From Phyllosticta citribraziliensis (lineage: Eukaryota), in the NCBI RefSeq assembly GCF_038025025.1, contig NW_027117343.1, positions 1-64,000 on the forward strand: a stretch of DNA of 64,000 nucleotides. Direction: 5' to 3'. The stretch's first letter is position 1. The number at the start of each line of letters is the position of its first letter. The notes below the pieces were generated by a model. It saw nothing but the letters and a program-made list of their open reading frames with translations. It had not been told where the DNA came from and made no database searches. Shown here in pieces: positions 13,301 through 23,465 of the stretch. The position numbers were made by a program, and so were the translations under genes.

Positions 13301-14987
13301 CTTGCAGGTGCAGGGGGCAGCGATATGCACCACCCACCGCACATCAATTCGGAGGAGCAATTCCAGCCACTCACGTAGCTGCTCTCCACGTCCTTTATCG
13401 GCCGTCTCGACCGCTGGACGTAGTGGTTGCTGTAGGCACCAGACAAGAGTGGTGGCGGGCCAATTTGTCGCGCTCTGGTTGGTGCTCCGTACCTTTTTTC
13501 TTTCTCCTACACCGTCACGTCGTCTACGCAGCTCCAAGTGCGGTGTATGCAGCCACCGTTTTAGTCTGCATGCAAGTGATAGGCCCACAGGTCGCCCACA
13601 TCAGGGGCGCGCGTCAGGGTCTCTGTTCTGTAACTGACGGCGTGGGGTGTCTCAGCGCGATGTCTATCAACCATCCATCCGCCCGCTGTGGGGCAAGATC
13701 CGCCGGCGCGAATGGCGAGCATTGGATGCGATGGACGGCCAAGATTGGACAGCTGGCCGTCAAAGAAGACGACGACGACAAAGAGGAGTGGTTCCAGGTA
13801 TGACGACGGCGCACGCCAACTTGCCTGCCAGCGAGCCAGTCAAACGTCAAACACGCGCCCAACGAGGAGGCTGTTCAGTGGGCATCCCAACCTTGGCCAG
13901 GCCAGGCCAGTAGCTCGTCAATTGGCAAGCCTCTAGGACCATGGTCGAATTGCAGAGAAGTGAATGACAGCGGCGATAAATCCGCAAGTCGTCGGCTGTT
14001 GTCCCAAACAGACGTGGAACCTACCGAGAGTGACGTCTGTTTGCCGGCCAAGTTGATGTAATTAGCCACCGTCATGATTGTTTGACTGCTGGCAAAGGGA
14101 AGACGCAGCGCGGGGCAGTACAGCGCCCACGCACGAACTGCAAGCTCCTACATTAGAACACATGTAGTTGGTCGTTGACGCCGCCTCGGCCGAGGAGGCT
14201 CGGGTCGGGCGGGGTGGCGTGGCGCGGCGGCCAAGCATCTCGCAGCACACCTTGCGCAGGAAAAGCAGCGCGCGCGGTGCAGTTGGAGCAGAGGGAAAAG
14301 AAACGATGAGGACGACTCTGGTGGCTGAGACGCCTTCGCTCACCGTATCCAGCGACGCGTGTGGTCCTTTGGTGGTTGATTGATTTGATCGAAAGACGAC
14401 GAAAAGGCGGCTGGACGCAGACAGGCGCGACGCTAGTTTAGCTTCGGTTCGGTGAGCGAGCGGGCGGCGGCCCGGCCGAGCTTGCACAGCCAACAGCACA
14501 CACAGCACAGTAACCGCCCGGTCACTTGGCTCTGATGAAGACTCATCTTGCTTGATCCGTTGACGGTTGTGTGGTTGACCCTGAAGGAAGGCGGGATTGC
14601 GGCTGTCATGTCCATCATTTGTGGGCTGATGATGCCATGGTGCACTATCACGGCGCCTACATGGCCCAATCCGCTGCCTGTGAGGCGCAACCCCAGCTGT
14701 GGCACAGCGACCCTCCACCAAAGAGAGCCTCATTGGGAAGCCAGAGGCCCGAGAGGAGACCAAAAAAACACTATTCCAGCCATCAGAGCCTCAAACAGCC
14801 GGGTCATTGCAAACAACTTTTGCCATGTTGACCCAACGCCGGGACGAAAGTGGATATCCCCGTCATGGGCGCATCAAGTCCTGGCCAAGGCCCAGCAGAA
14901 CGCGCGTTCTCGGCATGCTCCAGGCCCAGCAAGTCGTGGCCGACTGTCCTTTGCCTGGCGGAGGCCTCTGGGGGATCACCAGGCGGG

Positions 14988-15030
14988 AGCGGAGGTGGAG
15001 GCGGAGGCGGAGGCGGAGGCGGAGGCGGAG
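14988..15030. repeat. (GGCGGA)n hexamer microsatellite
   Basis: About 7 imperfect tandem GGCGGA units. Confidence 0.85.
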
Positions 15031-17705
15031 ACACCAAGCGAGCCAAGGGCGGACGACGTTTTTCCACTCCACTCCAATTCCCTTTGCTCGTCCAAGGAAG
15101 TCCCGCTGTCTCCGCCGTCTCATCGCTGCCCGTCTCCGTGCGACAGCAACAGCAGCGACTCAACCACCGCTCACTGCTCACGACCGCTTGCTCGCCTCTC
15201 TCTTTTTTCAAAACCCCCTTCGCCTCGCCACTTGCTCTGACATCCCTCGAAGCCACCGCGGAAACTTCCTGGCCATGTCAGCCCCCTAGTGCTCCCGCTC
15301 TATCGATTGTCCAGCATTCCTCCGCATCGCCGGCACGCTACCGCTGGCCACGGCTGACTGCAAATCTAGACTTCAGCTGGGCTGGCCAGCCCTTCACCTT
15401 TTGCCCCATCGACGTTTGATCATTCCATTCGAACCGTGGATTCGGTTGCGGCGCGCGTGCTCCTCAAGGCGGCTGACGAGAGCCAATTCCATCTTCATAC
15501 TTTTTCCTGTCTCATCCACCTCGCTACACTTGCGCCCTATATTTTCACTAGTAATTCCGTGGCTTGCATCTGCTCGAAAGAGCAACTGCTCCTGGAAGTA
15601 GCCGAATCGACGCCATTTCAAAGAGGTTTCGGTGGGGCGCGAAGCCTCGTTTTTCGCATCGACTTTGCGCCCTGCACTCCACTCCTCCACGTCCACGATG
15701 ATTACTCTAGCCGTCTTTCACGGCAGCAGGGAGTACGTTCCATGTTGAAATCGTGGCGCCCTTTTGTCTCTCGTTTTTCGTGCAAACAATTGAAAAGATT
15801 GCGCGTAATGAGACACCTCTGGAGGCGAGACACTTTGAGAAACAAAACCGCCATTACTGCCACACCATTATCGAGCAGGATAAACTCAAGCGGGGCGAAA
15901 TAGCACGTTCCCTGGGTCAACAACCATTTCCCCCAGGATAATCTTTCTCCCTTGTCTAGAGTGGTCAGCAAGCCTCATCCGCGCGCTACACCATGGTCAA
16001 ATTATTTCCTCGAACGAGACAAGACCGTAGCCTCTACATTCGCCAGCCTATCGCATTTCCACCTTCATCTCTGTCTGCTCACCACAGACCCCAGGATCTC
16101 ACACGTGTTACCCCACATTGAAATCCTTCCTTCCCGACAGCGGGTCCAGCCTCCTGCAACGCCTTGTCCTCATCAACTGGACCAACCACGCGCGCGCCGT
16201 CTCGCCCTGGCTCGCCTCATTCGGACTGTCTCCTCCGCTTGAACACGCCACGCGCACATTGCGCGCGAAACGCATTGCTGGTCTACACGGCCCAGTGTCC
16301 TCCAGAGCGACTGAGCTTTGGGTGCGTGCCGTCTTTCTCTCACTGCGGTTGCTAAACAATGCCCGGCTCGAATGGGCTTTGCATGAAATTGCGAACGCGT
16401 TTGGAAGATGTCGAGCCCTTCTCTACAACCGTCGACATGAGGCAAAACAACGTCGGGCTCTGTCCGAATACGATCCGCAACGCGTGTTCTCTGTTTCTCC
16501 ATTCCGGCACTGCTTGCCTCACTGTGCTTCACCATCGCCAAAACTGCGCTCTGATTCGCCCAGTGCACAGAAAACACTCTCATACACATGCATCTTTCCC
16601 CATTAATCCTCCCCATCGCTCGCCATGTCGCCGACTCGCCGATTTGCCGACCCACGCGATGTGCACCAAACACCGGGCCTGGCTCTAGACTCTTCGCACC
16701 GCCCTACGGAACGTCGCCCACCGAATACGACTGCTTCGGCACCTGTCCATTTGGCAATCACAACGTTGGACTGTTGCTCCGCCTCATCTTGCCGCACCTC
16801 TCGTCCACTTTCGAACCCAACGGCCGTCGCGTCGCCTTGCTTCGCCCAGCGCGCACAGTTCAACAACACACACTTGCTTCCTGGCTCAACGTCGAGCGTG
16901 CCCGTTGCGCGCTCCCTGTATATCCCTCGTCAGCCTGCCAGTGGGCTCGCGCCTAATGCTATTACGCGTCTAGGCTTGGTACGAGCCCATCGTCGAGTCT
17001 CGAGTGTTCAAGGAGAAGCTGGGACGAGATCGCTCCGCCGCACCGGGGTGATTCGAATACGTGGAAGATGTTGCCGTCGGCGTAGATTTGGAAAGAGAAT
17101 ATGTGGCCCCAGTGCTTTCCTCCCATGCGGCGGAGCGGTCAGTGCGGTGCATTGCTCTTGTGCTCAAGTCTTGGCCAGTGCCACGCCGCCCTCGCAATAA
17201 GGCTTCTCTTTTCCCTGATGAAAAGTATGGCCAAGCACAGTTGCACGCCGCGCTTGGTTCCGGGACTTGGCGCATATTCTGACTTTGGAGGTTCCCGTAG
17301 GTGCTGGAACCCTTGGGAATGCTGAGTTGATTATTTGCGTCGGTAAGTACCTTGCCACATTGTTAATGTCTTCTACGCCTTCGCAGCGTTCTTGGTCTCT
17401 TGCTTTGCAACCCATAGACAGAGAAACCGCGGTGTTCACGTCTTTCTTCATCAGTGCTCTGTGTTGGATCTGTCGCTGCCCTCATCATTCTGTCTTCTCT
17501 CCCGAAGGCTTTTGAGAATTGTTTCGAAGTCGGAAGGGCCTTGATGTGCAGCTATTGGTAAGTCATAATTGCGCCTTGCATCCGGCCATGGAACATCATG
17601 ACTTGTGCCGATGTAGCTCCTATCGCTTCTCTTCTTCGCCTCCATGATTGCTGTTGCAGGAGGATTTAAGCAGGTGGTCGCTTCTTGCATCAATCAAGTC
17701 ACTGG

Positions 17706-18548
17706 TCAAGACTGGTGCCTTCGCAGTGTACCATTGTTTGAAAGACGAGTCCTAGGATCATGTAAGCAATTCCCATCTCCCGCTTTGCCGAAGTGCTTGT
17801 GGACGACCCCGAATCCCCCTCTTCCAAGCTCTCCCAGGTTGACGTGGACTGATTTTCGAGAAGGCGTCTGGAATTTACTGGCAGGTTCTGTTGGCGGTTC
17901 GGCCGGATCCGTGAGACAAAGTCGTTGCATTGGAGGGCCTTCTTGTTCGCGCCGTTTCACCCAGCTCTTGAGATTTTCTTCGTAGTCCTCGATGTTTTTG
18001 CCGTGGTGGGGGAACTCAATTTTGAATCTGAATCCTGAGATACCGGGAACATTGATGGTGACGTGTTGCCAATATTGCTCTCCTGAAAGAAAGAGGATCC
18101 AGGTGAAATGGTGTCGGATCTCCTTCTCATTCTGTCCATCATACGCGACAGACATACCGTGAGGCGATACATTGTGCAATAGAATCCGATGAGACGCGTC
18201 AATGGTAATAAAGAAGTGGTTGCGGCTTACACCTCTCATCTTTGGTTTATTTGGGTCGTGAAGTACAACTTCACTGCTTGAGGAGGCGCCGAATCTCCAA
18301 CCAACGCCACGTTCTTCGAGGTGGTCGCTGAATCTGAGAAAGAGATTTCCAGGTGCTTTCCATGCTTCTTCAACATCTTCTTGGTCACAAGCTGGAGTCG
18401 GTTGCCGGCTGAAGTTTCTGACATCATCTGTCGCAGGGCCGGTCGATGGGAAATGAATTTGTAAGCCCTGATTTGCCTTGACTCCACAGGCGGCAAACGA
18501 GTGAGATTCAGTTGGCATCAAAACCGCAAAGACATCGGGATCAATCAT
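17706..18548 (-). pseudogene. Truncated paralog of the FHA-kinase (FHA-like domain plus Gly-rich loop only)
   Basis: Aligns with 21503-22390: MIDPDVFAVL/MFDSNVFAIL, GVSRNHF/GVSRLHF, DGQN...FTWIL, GFRFKIEFPHH/GFRFKISFPHH, LGRGGFGVV/LGQGGFGVV. Similarity then stops and there is no HRD/DFG/APE. Confidence 0.85.
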
Positions 18549-19384
18549 TCTCAGGATGTTGGAATTTCAAAAAAAGGCGTCTGAGTAATTGGTTGCCCCA
18601 AGAGAAAATAATGTATCAGAAGGCACATGTGAAGGTGTCGCTGGTCTAGATAGCGCCGTGGTCGGTTAATATCATTTTTCAAAGCATCGTGATGTGGTCA
18701 TAGCCATGCAGAATTGCCGCTGTGTAGACGCTGGCAGGCTCTGCGGCGCTTGTTAACACGCGATTTCTGAAAGGGAATATTTCCTTAATTGCTTCAATGC
18801 GACGTCGATCTCGGAGAGCTCTCCATCTTGGAAGCCAGAAGCGGCTCTGTGTGGAAGTTCATGTGACTCTTTCGGTCAAGGCGGCTATTCAGTGGTGCTG
18901 CAAGGGCCCGCTGAAGCTGCGGGTGAGAGGCGCAGGTCTTCATCTCTACAGCGTCGGTTCCAAGAAAAGCGCGACGAGGCAGCCACATGATGAGCTTGCT
19001 GTGACGAGATATCACTCATGCTTTCCGAGATTACGCGAGAGAAAAATTGTGCGTGGGCGGCTAATGACAGGTTTTGCGCGCTCGCGGGAGAAGATGGGAG
19101 GAGGCGGCGTAGATAGGGTGCATTGAGGGTGGAGGCCCGGGCCTGGTGAGTCTCAGGATGATGATTCGAACGCTCGCGAAGGAGTCAGCCGATGAGCGAG
19201 GGTCCAGGTGCGTTGAGGACGAGAAATTCCATGGCTTGGGAAGCGCTGCGCAAGACACGGCCGTTAAGATGTTGCTCTTGGTTGTGTGGTGGTGGGCGCT
19301 CAGGCGAAAGCAGAGGGTGCCAAGTCAGCCCCAGGATTCACGGTCACCGCCCTCAGATCACGACCCAGCTCCGATTCACTTGTG

Positions 19385-19597
19385 CGACCAATCAACCACA
19401 AGCGTGCTTCTGCAATGGTGACAACTGGTCACACCTGGAGTTCTGGACGTTTGTGGCTTGCGGTCCGCGTTTCCAATTCTCACATCCTGATGCGACCATG
19501 CGCGTTGCGCGTGGCCTTCTTCCCGCATCTTTCTCGACTTTCTCTCTATCTGCTTTCTTTGGTTATGGCTTTTGGAGACTGGCTCAGCGCTGATTGA
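19385..19597 (+). pseudogene. Duplicated promoter and 10-codon stub (MAFGDWLSAD*) of the triple-repeat partner gene
   Basis: Homologous to ~23234-23493, with an identical 27-mer TCTGCAATGGTGACAACTGGTCACACC (19409-19435 = 23256-23282); ATG 19565 encodes MAFGDWLSAD-stop versus MASGDWLSAEE. Confidence 0.85.
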
Positions 19598-19906
19598 GAT
19601 GCAAGCTTAAACGGCATAAAACAGGGGAAAAGCCATGTTCATCTATGAGTGTTGTCTCCGAGCGTAAGTCTCCTAGCATCCAGAGGCCACTAAAGGTAAG
19701 GAAATAACCAAGGAAATAGTGGTAACTGGTAAGGAGACCTCCATCCAATTCCCCGTTCTCGGTCCAAAACTGCGTGGCAAAAGGCGCAAGTCCCGGCAAC
19801 ACACTTGTGTAAGTGGAAAGCCGAATGCCTTTGGTCGCTGAGTGGACAAGTGATCCGATCCTGCTTCTGTGAAAGGACCGAGCGATTGACCACGATTTTG
19901 CGTCTC

Positions 19907-22390
19907 TTACTTCCTGCCCCAAAGCCGTGAAATTCCGCCAGCCTTCTTCTCTGGCATTTCGCGACTGTTTGTTGTGTGAGGCACAGACGCCGGGTTAGGT
20001 TGAAGTTGGTGGGCTGCGCGTTCCAGCGCTGCGGCGGACCTTGTCACCCTGGTAGTCGGGATACCTGGCTTGGTGACGCGCGATGTCTCAATCCTATCGT
20101 TCCTGTTGTTGGCTGGCACTGGACTCCGGCTCCGGTCTGAGCGCCCAGAGGGCGCTTGCACTGCGTGCCCAGTCATCGCTCCTTTTTGAGCCATCAACAA
20201 CTTTGGGTCTACGAAGTTTTTGGGACTCAAAGAGTTGTTTTGACGATTCATTGGTGTTTGGGCAGTCGGCAGAGACTTCAAAAATTGTTGAGTCTCTGTG
20301 CCGTAGTTCAAGTTGCTTTGAACTGCAGCAGATCCTTGTGGGGCCTTGGAGTTGCCCGGATGAATCTGGAAAAAGGCGCTATCAAAGGTCGCTTGGTCTG
20401 TGTGCGGTCGCGCAGTCTTTTGATCGCTGGTAGAAGCTTGTCCGGTCGAGACGTTCAACTTGTTTGACCGCGAGAACCCTGTGTAAGGATCTCTATCTGC
20501 ACTGTGGCCTATGGGTTGCTTGTTGCTGAGGTTGGTGGTTTGTTTCACAAAGTGCCTCGACGCAGTGGGGCTGCTTTGCATGCTGCCAGGGTTGAGAGAC
20601 TTGCCCGAAAGGTGTCTTGTCGTAGTGGCAGTGCCTCGCACGCCGTCGGATTTGAGAGACTGGTCCGATGGGTGTCTTGGAGGAGAGGGAGAGCCTTGAA
20701 CGCTGCCTGGGTTGAAGGATTGGTCCGCAATGTGCCTCAACATACTAGAAGAAAGCTGTGGGATCTCAGGTTCGGCGTTCGATTGTGCCGCGGGAATGTT
20801 CGGTTTTGGTCCCCCGTAAGCAGGACCGTTCTCATACTGTGATCCCGCAAGCTGAAAGAGACATTCAGCATGGCCAGAAAGCAGGCATTGGTTCGCATTG
20901 AGCCGATGCAGCGGGTCGGGCCGCAGCATGCTTGCCAGGAGGCGTTCCAAAGCACTGTTGCTTTTCTCCATTCGAGCTACCGCTGGGCGTAGTTTCTTTG
21001 CATATGGTATGACCTGTTTGAAGTCCGATCGTGGCGGATCACCCGGAAGCATTCTCAAAAGACACAGCATCGTGATCCCAGCCGACCAGATGTCAACAAG
21101 CGGGCCTTCATAGTTGTGGGATAATACCTCTGGTGCCGTGAAGAGTGGTGTTCCACAGAGAGTGATCATGTTGCTAGAAAAGTGCTTCGCGAATCCAAAA
21201 TCGGCAATGGCAATGCTCAAAGGTGATAGGCTCCTCAGGAGAATATTTTCCGGCTTTAGGTCCCGGTGCGCAAATTGGCGGCTGTGCATATGATCGAGCC
21301 CCATCAAAACTTGACGGAGAATGCTCACAATCCCATTGATGGCGGTTGGAGGAGGCGGATTCGTCTGTAGACTGCCGAGTGGGCAGTACTCCATGGTAAG
21401 TTTCGGCTTTGGGGCTGCCTCGTCGAAGTTGACCACTTGAACGACGTTGGGCTTTCAGGCTGTCAGCTAGGAGGTCAGAAAATTCCGCACATTCAGGCTT
21501 ACGTGCTTGTTCGCCATCATCATTTCGACCTCTTTTCGGAACTGGTCCATTTGGGACTTCGAATTCCTGATCAACTCTTTAACGGCGAATACTTGGCCAT
21601 CTTCCAGGTCAATGAGTCTGCGGACTACTCCGAAGCCCCCTTGTCCCAGTGGTCTGTCAATCGTGTACGTAGCTCGTCCCTTTCCACCGGAAATAGGCCT
21701 GCTTACTGCCGGAGTGATGTCGTCGGAAACCAATGCAAGTGTCGCCATCGATCGCGGTTGGATTTTGCTATTCCTCACGAAGTCTCTCAACTTTTGAATG
21801 TAGCCCGCGTCTCCAGAGTGATGGTGCGGAAAGCTGATTTTGAAACGAAAGCCGGTTTTCCGAGGGACTTGGATTGTGACCTCGTTCCAGTATTTTCGGC
21901 CAGGTTCCAGGGACAGGATCCAAGTGAAATTGCTTCGGATGTCGTTCGCATTTTGCCCGTCGAAACTGACTGCCATCCCCTTATCTGATGACATACGCAA
22001 TATGACCCGAAAATTGTCGTCAATCTTGATGTGGAAGTGCAGACGACTGACGCCTTCGACCACTGACTCTTTCCGCGTGGTCTGAAGTACAACGTCACAC
22101 TTTGTTGAAGAAACGCCAAAACCCCATCCTTCCCTTGCATCCTTGAGATTAGGCAAGTCGTCAAACCTGAGTAAAAGATTGTTTGGAGACTGGTTGAAAT
22201 CATCTTCGTCTACCTCTTCAGGTTGTAGATTCGCGGTTGACTCTCGACTCAGATCCCTAATCACTGCTGCCTCTGTATGTGGCGCTGGCGATTGCCGCAA
22301 ACGGTTGTTGGCTCGCAACTTGGAGGCTTGTATCGCCGCTTCGGAGTTGACCAAGGGGGTCAGGATGGCGAAAACGTTTGAATCAAACAT
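19907..22390 (-). CDS. FHA-like domain + Ser/Thr protein kinase (Chk2/Rad53-like domain order), ~810 aa
   Basis: GQGGFG, AVKEL, HRDLKPEN, DFG, CGTPLFTAPE and DIWSAG all intact; phase-0 GT-AG intron 21452-21502 joins the two ORFs (ANKH|PNVVQVV); N-terminal FHA-like FG...SRLHF; long low-complexity C-tail. Confidence 0.92.
20521..20740 (-). repeat. Coding 60-nt (20-aa) imperfect tandem repeat in the kinase tail
   Basis: RHIADQSFNPGSVQGSPSPP / RHPSDQSLKSDGVRGTATTT / RHLSGKSLNPGSMQSSPTAS / RHFVKQTTNL; the DNA aligns at a 60-nt period. Confidence 0.8.
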
Positions 22391-23255
22391 TTTCAAACTT
22401 TGAATGGCGTCCGATAAAGGCGGGGACGTGGGCAGGGACTTTCAATGAGTTGATGATAGGGCCTTGAAAACTAGCCCGGATTGTAGAAGGATTCGTGGTC
22501 GTTTGCGAGGATCAATCCCCTTAGGCATCTTGACAGAGCTCTATTTAACCCGAATCAAGTCTGATCAGGCTTGGTTCTTGGAACAGCGTCAAACAGGGCT
22601 CGACATGCCGCGTGAATGAACGCAAAAAGTGGATCTTGTCACGGTGAGGTTACTGTGTTGAAGACACATAGCCGCTCGCTCAGGCGGCTCAAGTGGCGCA
22701 GTTCCCTCAGGCGGTTAATGAGTGGTGTTGAGTGTTTCCGGTCACGTTGTAGAAGCGGCGCAGGTCCTCCATTCTCCAGCGCCTCTTCCAAAAAGGGCGT
22801 CATGTGCTAGCAACCATGACGAGTTCGCTGCGAAGCGACAACGCATCCGCTTTTCTGGAGTACGCGAGATTAGACTCCCGTCCCGGCGGCTATGCAATGG
22901 CTTTGCGTTCTCGAGAGAAAGCTGCGAGGAGGCGGCGTACTGTTTTGACGTGTGTGGCAAGTCATCGCTCGATGGCTCCGGAGCCTGGTGGAGAAATTGA
23001 GATGGAAAGGAACGACTGGAAGATGCGGCCAGAATGATGTTGGATGCATCGCAAGGCAAGAGCTGCCACGGTAGGATGACAACGACATGGAGACGGTGGT
23101 TTGTTGATGAAGCCAGGTTCAGGACACCGCGGAAGAGGGTGCGGAGGCAGGGCGACGCTTAGTCAGCGAAACCCCACGCACGTCGTGACGCTCAGAACCA
23201 GAAACGAACACAAGTCCGCGAACGCATTCTTTGGCCAATCAGCTACAAGCGCGCG

Positions 23256-23282
23256 TCTGCAATGGTGACAACTGGTCACACC
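23256..23282. promoter_or_regulatory. Conserved promoter element with GTGAC-N5-GTCAC inverted repeat, downstream of a CCAAT box
   Basis: 27 nt identical in both otherwise diverged copies of the divergent promoter; CCAATCA lies ~20 nt upstream in both. Confidence 0.5.
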
Positions 23283-23465
23283 ACGACGTTTGTGCTTCGC
23301 GGCGCGGCAAGCGCTCGCGCGCTGTGGCGTTACAACCTGAATGTCCCATGATTCCCGCATGTCCGCCTTTCAAAGTCTCGCATCCTGGCGCGACTTCAAT
23401 GCGCGTCGCGCGTCGACTTCCTCCCGCAGCTTTCTCGACTTTCTCTCTGCCTGCTCTCCTTGGTC

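Noticed and set aside
14548..15419. Overlapping 150-230 aa ORFs with poly-G/P/EA tracts
   Set aside because: Products of a GGCGGA microsatellite in GC-rich DNA; no codon bias or domain
15394..15696. KWRRFGYFQ...RRNRIHG as a fourth relic of the partner domain
   Set aside because: Lacks PPCCP and QNWIE motifs; similarity too weak
19907..22390. Calling the kinase RAD53/CHK2/DUN1 or a Spok gene
   Set aside because: Degenerate FHA, no SQ/TQ cluster or second FHA, accessory context; conventional ePK motifs unlike Spok architecture
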